Shown here one piece after another: positions 11,771 to 24,429 of a stretch of DNA of 64,000 nt. Under the pieces are notes generated by a model. The model had not been told where the DNA came from. It was given only the letters and a program-made list of their open reading frames with translations, and did no database searches. The stretch comes from Camelus dromedarius (taxonomy: Eukaryota). Location: NCBI RefSeq assembly GCF_036321535.1, contig NC_087437.1:54934001-54998000 (forward strand), read 5' to 3'. How positions within the stretch are numbered: the first letter of the stretch is position 1; each line of letters starts with the position of its first letter. The position numbers were made by a program, and so were the translations under genes.

Positions 11771-14589
11771 GAATTTTATTTTGTCACAATGAATACATTG
11801 CTGCTTCTATTCACATTTCTACCTTTGAAGAAATAAAAAAAAAAAAAAAACATAGAGCATCCTATGCCAACCCTCTCCCACCCCTACTAACAAATTTTCA
11901 GTCGTGTTCTATTGCCCAGACACAATTTTAGAAGCTGCTTATTAAACAATGAATTGGACAGACTTACTAATTTTTCTTAGGATGCATTGAGTCTTAAGAA
12001 CTCCTGGGAGAGAGAAATTGAAAGAGATCTCATCATCCCAGTGAGAAGAGTATTAAACTGCTGTTTACGAGCTTGAACCCGGAAGAAAAGTCCTGGGTTA
12101 TATCTTCCCAGGTGAGAGAGACAACTGGAAAGAACCTATTTTTTACCGCTGTCGATTCCACACGTGTTAAGTATTACGCACCAGAAGTGGGAGGTGGGGA
12201 GACTTCTCTCGCCAAATAAGGCCCAGAAACACTGGAAGAGATGATCTCTTGGGGTCTTTATTCATAGGAAATACTAGGAATCCAAGATCAGCATTATGTG
12301 AGATTAGAATCTAAAAGAAAAGAGCCTTTCCAAATGTGTTGTTTCAGAAAGTGTCACAAGCAAACAGGAGGGAGTATTTGTAGAAGAAAAGGAAAGATAT
12401 ACACATTTTTTTCTTAAAATCTGTGGAATACTGACAAGGTAAGTGCTTTGAAATTAGACCTCTGCTTGAAACGTAGGTGCTCAGGGTAGAATCTGAATTA
12501 CTGTCTCTTAGATTTACAGAGGACAGACTTGGCTTTCTCGCTGCCTATGTTTATGCCTAAAAGGGAAGCAAGCAGGTATTAAGGCCAAACAGTGATAAAT
12601 TTGTGTCCATTCCCTGAGGGTTCACCCTAACCCTGGAAGCAGGAATTGTCAGATTTTCTTTACTAGTTGATTTAAATTAAAACAGCTAATACTATGAATA
12701 TTTCATACTTTTCTAACACTTAGTCTATGGAAAGCAATGCTTGGTTGGAAAAAAATGCATAGAATTTGGAGTCAGATGACACCAAATATGGGGCTCAAGA
12801 TCTCTTAATTGCAAACTTGCAAAAAGAGATGTAGATACTTTTCCCATCTCATCTTCAGTGTTGTCACCTGAACTAAAATAGTCCCCTCCCTCAGAGGCAG
12901 GTTGGGAGATCCAGAGACCCTTTGTTACCATGGCTTTAAAGTAGTTAAGCTGTATATGGTGTGAAATGCAAACTATCTCATTTTATTCTCACAAAGACTA
13001 TGGGGTAGCATTGGCAAGCCCGCTTTACAGGAAGGAATCTGAAGTTCTGAAAGGTTCACAAACTCACCTAAGCTAAATCTATCTCCAACCACAATGCCAC
13101 TATCACAATGCATATCCACAAATAATTTTATGTTCTTATTTGAGTATTTCTGTAACATTTTCCTAAAAGTGGATAGCATATAAGAGCAATCTGAAGTTTA
13201 ATAATACTAGGAATCACCCCTCCAATGTCCATATCTGCATACACTCCCACCAATAGAGTGTGCTTTTTATAATTAATCACTTGTGTACATTTGTCACCCC
13301 TACTAGATAGACTCTAGGCCTTTCAAAGGCAAAGACTGTGTCTAATACATCTTGGTGTTCTTCCCTGATGCTTGCAGAAGGTACACAAAGTAGACGCTGT
13401 AAGAACGTGCAGATAAACAAGTAAACAAAAGAAATATGAATGATCTAAGAACATTTTTAACCCTCACACTAACTCTATAGGGCAGGCATTATTTGCAGTT
13501 TAGAGGAGTTTAACATTTAATGTTTATAGAATACATAAGTGACTCCAGGATGGGCTCTTATCCTGGCTTTTATCATAATTAGCCCTGCCCTGATTTTTTG
13601 GGGTGTCAATTTCTTTATCCCACAATGAGTAGATTGAGGTAATGATTCTTCAGATGCCAGCGTGCAGCTCTATTTTTTATCTGTCTCCTGCCACATGCCA
13701 TAGCTTATTCACCACTGTCCAATCTCCAATCCAAATTATCTGACAATGAAATAAAATCCCAGAGGTAAGGGTAGTGGCCAACATAAAAAAATATATTGGT
13801 CTCTTGAGCCGTCTACATGTCTGTACTCTAATTTTCTGTACATTGTTTAAAACTGAGAAATGAAAGGTAACTATAGAGAAAAGACCAAATAAGCACCAAT
13901 CAGCAATTTTATGTGTGTTTAGAAGGGATTTCATGCCTTAGACTAACACAAATATTTAATACCCATCTTGGAGTTATTGAAATAAATGGTGGTAGTAATA
14001 ACAAAACTTTTTGTATAAGGATTTGTTCTTTACAAGATTTTTACATCCAAAAACTCATTTGGTATAGAGAAGATAATGGGTAAATGAATAAGCAGCTTTC
14101 AAGTTTTGTTGAACTGATTCTTGTAAACTAGAGTAAAAGGGGAAAGTCTTGGTCAACAATTTTAAGAATGCATAAACGTCAAGGAAGAGCATTCCCAACC
14201 CCGGCTCTTCCCATTAACCACAGGAACATCATTACCATCATCTGCAAATCTTTTATAACAGTGTCTTTTTAACACTTTGCAGATGTTGGGGTGTGATGTT
14301 GGAAATGGTCAAAGCTGTGATCTAGCCAAAGGAAAATATAATAAATCTCATCTTATTTACACAGCACAAAGCTATTTTACATCTGGCATCCGATCGTCCT
14401 TCTCTGCATACTCTGGATTCTTGGTTGATCACTGCAGCTGTTCTTTCACCTGATACCTGATTCCCTTACGTTGCTAGAGTTCAAGTGCATCCACGTATCT
14501 AAACACCAATCCATTGTCAGTGCTGCTGGTTTACCTCCCTCATTTGATACCTGGCTGTTTGCAGTGTTTTCGGCATGGGGGTTGAGGGC

Positions 14590-14990
14590 AGAGGGGATGA
14601 TTCAACCTCCTTACCTGAAACACAAGGTCCTTCACTTTCTGGACCCCATACCTTTCTTATCTCAAACGTTATACCTTGTCCTGAAATACGCAACTGCCTG
14701 GAGCTCCTTATGCCCCCTGGCTTTTTCCTCACCTGAACGTGAGAAAGCACAACCTGTATATTTCCTCTCCTTCAGCTAAATAAGTCCTAGTCTGTGCCAA
14801 CGTCTCTCCTCTGGGCTGCTTCCCTCAGGCCCCCTTTGTGCCCTGATTAGGGAGTTACCTTTAATTATTAGGGTGCCTGTATCACTCACCTGACTCAGCT
14901 CCGTAGGAGGAAGCCCAATTTATTAATCTTTTTTTTTTTTAATAAATATGCAACTGGCTCATAGTCACTGCTTAGCAGTGTTGAATGAAA
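14590..14990 (+). mobile_element. L2 LINE 3' fragment
   Basis: caaggtccttcactttctggacccc...ctggctcatagtcactgcttagcagtgttgaatgaa resembles the L2 3' end. Confidence 0.55.
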
Positions 14991-15039
14991 TAGAGTCCCA
15001 TTCTTTGTAAACATGGATTTCTAAAGCCCAATAGACGGC

Positions 15040-15160
15040 TCATTTGGATAAAGCAAGTGAATAAGGCGGTGCCTCCAAGGTCAGACACTGAGCAGCTGAT
15101 AAAACCAATTTTAATCCCAGGCCTCCTAACAGCCAAGTCCAGCGCTTGCCCCTCTACCAT
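15040..15160 (-). mobile_element. MIR SINE fragment just upstream of the exon
   Basis: ccaaggtcagacactg...aatcccaggcctcctaacagccaagtccagcgctt is a reverse-strand MIR head. Confidence 0.6.
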
Positions 15161-15200
15161 GCAAACACGCTTGATTGCCTTGGTTGATGTCTAGATTGCA

Positions 15201-15230
15201 CTTAAAGGACTCTTGTTTTCTGCCTTTCAG
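15201..15230 (+). promoter_or_regulatory. 3' splice site: putative branch point (CTTAA 15201-15205), polypyrimidine tract and CAG
   Basis: cttaaaggactcttgttttctgcctttcag lies directly before the exon. The branch-point assignment is inferred. Confidence 0.8.
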
Positions 15231-15357
15231 GGTGGACAGACAGGGTCCCTGGGGCCTCCGGCGGCAACCCCCTCATTCCGCCCTGAAGATGAGCTTGAGC
15301 ACCTGACCAAGAAGATGCTGTACGACATGGAAAATCCACCCGCCGATGAATACTTTG
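15231..15357 (+). CDS. LPP: Internal coding exon of LPP (lipoma-preferred partner): end of the pre-LIM region, including the nuclear export signal
   Basis: Translates to GGQTGSLGPPAATPSFRPEDELEHLTKKMLYDMENPPADEYF+G. I recognise PSFRPEDELEHLTKKMLYDMENPPADEYFG as the LPP segment directly before LIM1. It is bounded by the acceptor tcttgttttctgcctttcag| and the donor |gtgagt; 127 nt, phase 0 in and phase 1 out. Confidence 0.96.
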
Positions 15358-15849
15358 GTGAGTGGGGTCTGGAGCCGACTTTCCGAGTAAAGGTGCTGTT
15401 GTATTTTCCGTAATCAGTCACTAGGAGGGTTATCAGCTCCACTGGTGAAGGACCGGAGTCTGGACGCGCTGGAGGTGGCCGCATGCGCTCACACCTGAGT
15501 GTTCCGGCCGTGGCTCTGAGAGACTGCCATAAATGTGTCTGTGTGGCTTGTACTGAAATGGCAGGGCGATGTCGAGTTTCTTAAGATACACATTTGACTT
15601 AAAAAATTAACTTTTGACAATTTATTAGTTTCTCACTGAGCAGAAATATGGTTTCTGTGTGGGCTCAGGTCTCTCACTGATCTAAATATTTATTTACAAA
15701 ATGTGGAATTGGGTACTATCTAAACTCTGTTCTCAATCCACTCCCAATTCAAGTTCAGGAAAAGATGTTCCTTTTGTATCTTTTTTTTTCAACTTCTCCC
15801 CTCTTCAAACCTGTGAATAATTATCAGTGGCTAATCCATCCAGTCCATT

Positions 15850-16460
15850 AGTGTAATGTGAGTTTATGAATTATATGCCAGTTATGAGGTGTGAAAGATA
15901 CATAACCTGTCCTCAGGGAGGCTGTAATTATTCAGAAAAGATAAGAAAAATATAAGAAAGATAAGAAAAACACACAAACACGCGATCTAGGTGGAAAGTT
16001 ATAAGATGCATAAGAGAGGCTTAGATCAAGTGTTTAAAACTGTAAAAGCTCCATTCATCAAGAGCATCAGGATGCTTTGGAGAAGAATTAGTGGTTCTTG
16101 AACCTGGACCCTTTAAAGCAGTGCCTTTCGAATGTTCTGTTTCCTCCCTAATCTGTTGGAGACCAGTATTTCCACAGAGTACAATTAAAGTTAGTTACTA
16201 AGAAAATGAAATAAAAAATACAAAATGGAAGGCTGAGTTTTATCCTGACTAGATTTAACAGGAATAAATTACTCCATCAAATTACTATGCTATTTTTTAA
16301 ACACTGTCTGTTTCTGTATTTGTCTCGTCAGAGTGTGAAATGGTTCTTAGATAAGCATCTGTGGACCGCATTCCGAGCAGCACTGCTTTAAGGACGTGGA
16401 GAGAAAGGATATTACATTTGGGAAGCAGTGGGAGCAAAGGCACAGAGGTGGAAAAATTGC
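15850..16460 (-). mobile_element. L2 fragment that hosts the hAT MITE
   Basis: L2-like sequence continues across the MITE (ttgaacctggaccctttaaag | gacgtgga...gcaaaggcacagaggtgg). Confidence 0.55.
16119..16385. mobile_element. hAT-Charlie family non-autonomous DNA transposon (MITE)
   Basis: Imperfect TIRs CAGTGCCTTTCGAATG ... CATTCCGAGCAGCACTG; 8-bp TSD ctttaaag (16111-16118) / ctttaagg (16386-16393). Confidence 0.85.
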
Positions 16461-17189
16461 ACAGAACTTTAACTTTTTCTAATATTTCCTATTTTCATGT
16501 TTTCCCACTGCTTCCCATTTGGGGACATGATGGATAACGATGGGTAAACTGACGGTGCTAGTCCAAGGCCACACCGTGAATGGACTGGGTTAAAATATGA
16601 AAGCCATGACATTCACTTGTATGCAGGAGACAGCGTAGCTTAGCTGAAAGAGCACAAGAGTGGGGCTAGAGAATCCTGGTTACGGTTCCTTTTCTGCCTT
16701 TCACCCGCTAGGCAGTATCGGCGCATTCCTTATCTGCCTCAGTCCCACTTCCCGTTTGGTAAATCGAAGATGAAGAGCAAGTATTGCCTAGTGTGTCTAG
16801 AAGCAACATTAATCCGGGGGGTATGACAAAAGCTAAATGTGAGTTGATAGAGATTAGCAAAAATGCATGGAGAATAGTAAGAAAAAAAAGTGTCCAATTA
16901 TATTAAAATATACGAAAAGTATATCATTGGCTTGTCATTGACATGAAGGTGGGCATAGATTGGAGCCTAAGATAACTTTTTAAAAAAGTATATTAAAATT
17001 GAATAAGGTTTCTGTATTAAGGTGTATTAAAAACAAAAAAGCTAACATACCAAACATATATGCTTCAGTTATCATAGCCACAAAGTAGATAGCAATAAAA
17101 AGCATTGAATGTAGATAGTAATTGTGTTAATGAACATTATTAAGCATTCTGGGAAACAGATATAATTAAGTGTTATCCTTGCCTTCAAA

Positions 17190-17375
17190 CACAGTCCTAG
17201 CTCTACAACTCACTAGCTTAGACAACTTAAATTGCTTACTCTCTCGATATTTTTGTTTTGTTTTATCTATAATATGGAAATAATGGCTAGTTTATACTGT
17301 TACTGTGAGCATTGAATGAAATATTTATGGAAAGCACTTAACTAAGTTCTTGGCATATAGAATATGCTCAGTAAT
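17190..17375 (+). mobile_element. MIR SINE
   Basis: ttgaatgaaatatttatggaaagcactta...tggcatatagaatatgctcagtaa resembles the MIR 3' part. Confidence 0.65.
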
Positions 17376-17794
17376 CTAAGGCATCCCGTGCTTTACTTAA
17401 GAAGACAAGATATGCCCATTAAAAACCCATTAATAATACTTGATTTAAACTTAAGTTCTCAGCAAAAATAGAACATATGTCACCAGTTGGTAGATAATCA
17501 TTGCCAAATGAATATTACAAACCATGAGAGAGAATGTGGAATAATGATTAACTTTCATAGAGTGGTTACAATATGGCAGCACAATTATACAGTGTGTACT
17601 TTATAGGAATTAACTCATTTCATCCTTCCAGAAAAGACTATAACCCTGTAAAGTAAGTGCTATTATTATTTCCAGGTTAGGAAATCAAGGCACAGAAACG
17701 TTAAGTAATCTGACCAATATTAACAGCTAATAAATTGAAGGACTGGATTAGAATCCAAACTCTAGGTCTACACATTTTTTTTTCCATCTAAAAG

Positions 17795-17945
17795 CTTTTT
17801 CCACAGCTTTATTGAGGCACACAAAGAGCTACATATAATTAATGCATACAATTTGGTGGGTTTGGATGTATGTATATACTTACATTGCCATCATCACAAT
17901 CATCACAATCCAGGTAATAAACATATCCATCACTTCCAAAGTTTA
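17795..17945 (-). mobile_element. Old L1 (L1MA/MB-like) 3'-terminal fragment
   Basis: cagctttattgagg...catcacaatccaggtaataaacatatccatcacttccaaa is an antisense L1 3' end. Confidence 0.65.
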
Positions 17946-18069
17946 GTCTAGGTATTTAGAAAAGGTTTTATGGAGGAAATAGAAAATAAGAGAAGGGTGT
18001 TCTCTTCTAAGTGGATAGAATAAACAAAATATGAGTTGAGGCCAGGATTATTTAAGGAAAATCACTTTA

Positions 18070-18970
18070 TATGGAAAACATTCGCCAAGGGCCTACTATG
18101 TGCAGGCTACTCTGCTAGGTAGGTGTTGGAGGCACTTGGGGATAGGTAGACCTGGGTTGTACCTTTGAAGGTGCTTATAGTCTGATAGAGGATAGGTACA
18201 GTGTGATTGCATCTAATCACAACACAAGACAGAAAGTGGCAAGTAACTTAATCTCTGTTCAGCCAGTCTTTTGAGAATTCAGAAAAAGGAGAGAGGACAT
18301 TCCGAGACAGGAATGGAAAAGTGGTTATGGAGTGGATAGTCTTTGAGTTGTTTTTAAAATTATGGTAATAGAGATTCGGAAGCGGGATGAGAGTAGCGAA
18401 GTGATGTCATTTCTGATGAGTAGAATTTTAACATAATAGGGAATAAATTCATTGGAGTGAAGTACCCATGTGGGAGGAACAAATAAATACTGGGAGACAA
18501 AGTTGGAGAGATAGGTTAGGGCCAGTGTGGGGAAGTCTTTTAAGGCCTAAAGACTAAGGACTTTATCTTGTATAATGAGCCCTACATGTTGAGATCAAAG
18601 GTTATGGGACTGTTGCAGGAAATGTGGTTAAGAATGTGGGCTCCAGAGCCAGAATGCCTTAGTTCGAATGCCAGCTCTGACTCTTACGGGCTAGGTAAAA
18701 GCAGGAAGCAAAAGGATGAGTTAACAGAACTGCCATTTGCTATTTCACTCTTTAAACATCAAACATTTCCTGAGCATGTCTGCCACTGTGCTGGGTGCAG
18801 GGAACGCCCAGATACAGAACCTGTGCCCTGAGGGATTCACAAGTTCCTGGCAAGGACAGGAGAGAGGCAGGCATGGAAGGGATGTCAGTGCAGCAAGGGA
18901 TGCAGAGCAGTGTTGGGTCTGCCTGAGACATTCGGTGAGCAGAGAAGACAGAGTTAAATCTGCCTGAAGA
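18070..18970 (-). mobile_element. Cluster of L2 fragments with a short MIR piece (~18615-18700)
   Basis: gcctactatgtgcaggc...tgaaggtgcttatagtct and catttcctgagcatgtctgccactgtgctgggtgc are antisense L2 3' ends. Confidence 0.6.
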
Positions 18971-19619
18971 AGAGGGAAGGAAGGTATATATATCAGTGTG
19001 TTCGCCACAGGAGGGCCTGACCCCGGAGAGATGAATGAGTTCTCCCTTGTTCTCCATCAGAATTTTACCTTCGTTCTTACTCTAGGCTGGAAGTAGCATT
19101 GTTACCCGCCACCCTAAAAGAACTTCTCGCTCTTGCATTAACGTCCCCAGCCCCACCTCAACCCCATTGCTACTTAACTTTTTCTTTCACTTTGCCTATT
19201 TAATGCTGGAATGTTCATTATTTTTTAAAATAATACTGGAATTTTCATTGACACTCTAGCTGATTTGCTGAAGGTCACTAAATGCTTTCATGTCAAAGAT
19301 CTCCTACTAGACTATGAGCTGCACCAGTCAGTACGAAGGAATGAAATGTAGATAAATGGTGTCAATGGAGTAGGCTCCTTTGTGGTCATGTTTTATTTTT
19401 TCTTTTTTTTCATGCAGCCCCTATTTTCTTTTTTTCTTAAGTGGAATAATTCATGAATATATTTGTTTGTTGTTTTGTTTTGTTTTTCATTATAGAGTTT
19501 CCCATCACTCTTAGCAGTTTTTCTTTGTAATCAAAGAATAATAATTATGGTTCTTCAAAGTATGAGGAGGGTATCAAAAAATCACATCACAGGTGACTCA
19601 AGTACAAAAGTGTAAAGTC

Positions 19620-20135
19620 ACCGTCACAAAGAGAGAGTCTGGTGGAAATTTTCTTAATCCGAGTGATGAAGCTTAGCATCACCAATAATGGGACGAACTG
19701 ACATGTGCCAGCTGAAGTGATGCAGTAGGAAGTACACAGCATCACCTATGTGATAGTCTCACTGAAATATTTAACCTGAATCCAACCAAGAGGAAGTAGA
19801 CAAATCCAGATGAGGTGCCATTCTTCAAGACATCTGTCCTGAATTCTTCAGAAATGTCAATGCTAGATAAGACTATTCAAGATTAAAGGAGATAAAAATG
19901 ACATGCCATTCAAATGCAAGGCATGCATCTTGATTGGATCAAAAAGAACTAAAGAATTTAGGGCAAGGTTAGAGAAATTTAAATGTGAACGAAATATTAG
20001 ATAATACATCAGTGTTAATTTTATGGGTATGCTAATGGCACTGTGGTTATATGGGACAGTATCCTTGTTTTGAAAAACAAAATGTTGAAGTATTTAGGGT
20101 GAAGTGTCGTTATGTCAGCAACTTACTTTGAAACA
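19620..20135 (+). mobile_element. Ancient L1 (L1MC/ME-like) 3' UTR fragment
   Basis: agcatcaccaataatgggac...cacagcatcacctatgtg...tttaacctgaat...gaagtatttaggg. Confidence 0.7.
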
Positions 20136-20469
20136 GGAAAGGGAAAGCGATAGATGAGAGATGGATGTAGAGATATTGTGGGGAGGGCGGAATCGCTTCA
20201 GATCAGAACAGCGAGAGATGCTATAACTGCACGGCTACACAGGATATCCTTCTTCCCCCCAAAGTACTGAATCCTGCCACAAATGAATTATCTTAAGACT
20301 CCCTTCTTGGACGGGAGGAGTAGAGAGTCATTCCTGTGTCTTCCTATTTTGATGTCTACAGTGGACCTTTAAATTTTTCCTTTCTCATGTATCTGGTCCC
20401 TTGTTTTCTACTGGACACATACACTTTCTGTTGTTGGTGCAATGATAACCATTGTGGTGGTGATGACAG

Positions 20470-20680
20470 AAGCTGGTATTTACCTAAAGCTCTACAAGTT
20501 TAAAAAGTTTACTCACAGCTGTGGTCTGACTGATGGGTCTGGCAACGATGTCTTCATTTTTCAGTTGAGGAAACGGAGATTCTGAGAGGCTCAGTTGTTC
20601 AAGGTCACATAACTAGTAAGTTTCAGGGGTTGGACTTATTCTTCTGATTTCAAGTCCATTTTGATTCATTACCATTACAG
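20470..20680 (-). mobile_element. MIR SINE
   Basis: catttttcagttgaggaaacggagattctgagagg...caaggtcacataactagtaag. Confidence 0.75.
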
Positions 20681-23600
20681 AAAGGCATATGCTGTTTCTA
20701 GGGTTGGCTGTTCCTGCCTCATGTCATCCTTTTCCTTCTGAAGTTATGGCCTTCAGGTAAGAGACCACCTGTTCCCAGGGCCTTAGGTTTGGGAGCCTGG
20801 ACTTCAACATCACCGGCAACGTAGTTTAACTGTCTTTAACTCCTGAATTAACTGATGTGACACTAAGCATAGGCCTTTTGCCATGGCTCAGATGCGTACT
20901 GTAGGGAGACGGCACACCTAATACCTCTCTATCAACCGTGTTAGCTGGCTGTGACCCTTCTGTTGACCTTGAGCGAAGGCAGGTCACTACAGCTACAGTT
21001 CATCTTGTTTTCTCAAGTCATCTCCTGGTAAAATATTACAAACTGGAACCTTCAACTGAGTCTCAGCTGACTTTTTTTTTTAATGATTTCTTCTGAAAAG
21101 TTGCTAGTTTTAGTGTTTCCAGGTCCTTCCTTTTCCATCTTTCATCAAAAATTATAACTGTTGCATTGCAATATTAGGCAAATGGTAAATTTACAAAGGA
21201 TGAATCATAATAGAGCAGTATGGTAAGTCCAGATTTTGAAAGGAAGATAGCCTCTCTTCTGTGAACGTTTTCCATCTACTTGGACTTAAATTTTGGCTAT
21301 AGCAGATTCCCAAGTATCTTTCTGTTGGCAACGGTGTACTTGAATGGGCCTCAACTATGCTGCAGGGGAGAGAGAGGAAATATAGAAGACAGTTGAAGAT
21401 AGGAGAAATTCTCACCTAATTCAGTTAATCAGGCAGCAGATCTTCAGCCCAAATCATTTGTAACAAATGCCTTGGTTCAAGTGCTAGCATCTTGGAGCAA
21501 CCTGTTTCCCTGGGCAACTAGAAGACTATGTTTATCCTAGAGGAGACTCCCCATTCCAGAGACAGATACATAGAAAGAACAAGGGATGATGAACTATAAA
21601 TTATTATAATTTATGGCAAAGTTTAGAACCTAAGATTGGAGAGGTAGAAATTTTAAATTAGTCTGTTAAAATTAATGGAGAAGAAATTTGTCACTGTAGA
21701 AAACTGGGGAGCTGACAGGGCTAATGGCCAGCACTGGGGCTTATATTTTTCAAATAGTTTTGTGAGGGAAATAAAAAAACAAAAGTTGAGTTTGTCTCTA
21801 GATATCCTTGAGCCATCTCTGAATTTATCCAGGGGTTCTCCGTGTTGCTTGGTATACCCAGAGCCTCCAAGTCTTGTGCTTTCATTCATTTTGAAAGAGA
21901 GAGCATGCTTCTGTAGGTGAGTGGTTCCACATGTCTAAGTCTGTGACCGTGGTGTGGTTCTCTCCAAAATAATGGTGTTCTGGCTGTGAGACCCTAAGGC
22001 AGAAGACAACAGTCTTGGAATACAGCATCTCTGGAAATGAATAATGTAATATATATGAGGGTGGACTGAAAATATCTACCAGCTTATTTTTAAGCATGAA
22101 GCTGTAATTATCTTGGCAATGTTTACACGGTGTTGTCTTATTCGTTCTTAAAAAAAAAAAATGAAGTGTGTGAGTCTTAAAATTGTTTAGTGAGCTATTT
22201 GAAGAATCCCTGTGTCTTTAGAACAGCACTAGGTAAATTATCTTCACAGAACTTGGTATTTATCTAAAAAAAATTTTTTTTGATTTATCTCTTGAGTATT
22301 GTTAGTGAGGCATATTGAGAATCTTTGCCCAAAGCCAGAAGTTTGTTCTAGGGAAAATAGAAAGATAAGAGGCAGCGAGCACCTGGCGTGTGTTAAGCCT
22401 TAAGAGAAGAAAGGCATGGATGGGCATGTGCTGTGATTACTTTACTAATAAAACCACATCACCATACTTGGTAGTATGTATATTCTTGATTGAGAACAAA
22501 ATGGAGGTCCAGTGAATGTTCCTGAGTAAAGGCAGAATTCCCCAAACAATGGGGAAGATAATCTATTTCTCTTCTATACTAGTAAGACCAAAGGATAAGT
22601 GAGCATTTCTGCAGGACTTGGACTAAGATGCTTAGAAAACTGGAAACCACTATTTAAGGTACAGTTGAAGGTGTGGAGGAAAGAAAACCTGGAGCCCTGA
22701 ATGCTACTGGTGAACTGCCATGTCAAAAAGAATTAAACTTGATTTGTATTATTCCAAACTTGGCAACAAAGGCAAGTGAGGGAAAGCTGGCAAATTTTCA
22801 TTTGGTATAATGAACTAGCTTTTTTAACAGACAGAAGAAATTTCTTCGAAGAGTCTAGGCCAAAACCCAACAACCCCTTCCTTGTTGGGGAAGTGATAAT
22901 AGATTTTCAAGCATCTGATGGGCTATGAGATTAGATTTTGAAAGTGCTGTCCAACTCTGCTACTCAATATCTTAAGCATCAAAACTTGCCTGGGTATCAG
23001 GCTTTTGCATCTAATTTCTAGTGCTAAGCTCAGCTTATTATTATTACAAGATTATAGACATTTATATAATGCTTTGCAAAGCACTTTTATACCTGTTACA
23101 TCATTTAAGCTAGACAGCAGCCCTGCAAAGCAGACAGTAGGTTTATTTCCATTTGGCATATGAGGAAACAGAGGACCTGAATGATTAAGGGGCTCGCCAC
23201 TCCTCAGAGCCCTCTACCACCCCTACTAGTCATAGATCCCATAAGCAGTGGAAGTGCACAGGGGCCCAGGCCTACTGGCTCCAGACTCTGTTCTCCTTCC
23301 AGCCCATCACACTCTCTGAGCACAATGTTACTGGATTGGTCATAGACTATGAGATAAATCAGTGAACATAGTCTATGTTTTAGCTTCTTCATCGGTACAA
23401 GGAACAATATGAACACTTTGAAAAGTTTTTAGAGGGTCTCAACTGGCAGATGCTAAGTTATTTGCATTTCATGGTTTTTATTATTTTGTGTCAAGAAAAT
23501 GTTTTCCGAAGTCCTCCTGTCAATTACAGACTAAGAAGTGATTCCAATTGGGAGCTGCCTTTAGTACAGATAGAACCTAAGGCCTTAAGGATTTTATTTT

Positions 23601-24429
23601 CACAGAAAAATGACCTAATTAATTAAAAACCCCAAAACCACAATGGAAGAATAAGTAGAAAATAAGTGGTGTAGAGAAAAGGTGGTATTGATTTGGAAAA
23701 AAAATGGATTTCTTGGTTTTGCTTCTCTCCAGCTTTTTGTTTAAGGTATCTATGGGTCGTGGGAATAGAATGTTTTCTAGTTAATGAGATGTGTTAGATA
23801 TATTTCCTTTTGTGGTAGTGATTTCTGGTAAAATGTTTGCCCCAGGCAATATATGATTACAGCACTAAATAAATTATCATCCTAAGCATCTTGTGTGTTC
23901 TATCTTAGTACACATTAATTTTTAATTAATTTGGCTACATAGTGTGTTTTTAAGCATTGATTTGGAAACCTCGGCTTATAGTATCATAAAAAATAATTTA
24001 ATCTTAGAAACTATCTAGGACAACCTTTCATTTTCCAGAAAACTAAAGCCCAAATGACTTGTTCAAAGTCATACAGCTGAAGAGTGTTTTGAACCCTATG
24101 GCCAAAATTTCCTTTCTGAACAAAGAATAGAAATGAGTTGTTAGCAGGAAGAGGATTGTCAGGGCTGTTCACAAAGGTGAGGAAGTAGGTTGGGCCTGCT
24201 ATTTCTGTGAGCCCAGACCTGGTTACTTTACACCTTATTCAAACTTGGGTTCAGAACACATTGCCCTTAAAATGATAAAAATGAAATAAACATCTTATAA
24301 TGACCTATGTACTTGTAACAGTCCTATCGCAATCTCCTTGATTTTCAAATATAAATGAACAGAAGAGATTGTCATTACCTTTTTATTTTCTCACACTCAT
24401 CAAATTACTTACTTGCAGTATTGATGGTC

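Larger units (their letters stand above)
1..15230 (+). other. LPP: LPP intron upstream of the NES exon (3' part only)
   Basis: No other LPP-like coding sequence seen; repeat-rich; ends in a polypyrimidine tract plus CAG at 15228-15230. Confidence 0.85.

Noticed and set aside
1..15230. miR-28 hairpin, expected in an LPP intron upstream of this exon
   Set aside because: I could not find AAGGAGCTCACAGTCTATTGAG or CACTAGATTGTGAGCTCC by eye. It probably lies just 5' of the window; BLASTN or Infernal would settle this.
15213..15484. ORF-track calls 15213..15413(+) and 15227..15484(-) as stand-alone genes
   Set aside because: The first is the LPP exon plus intronic run-on past the splice sites; the second is its antisense shadow.
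18160..19325. miR-28-like words (gaaggtgcttatagtct at ~18167; ctagactatgagct at ~19307)
   Set aside because: These are ordinary L2 3'-end remnants (miR-28 itself derives from L2), more than 1 kb apart, and do not form a pre-miRNA hairpin.
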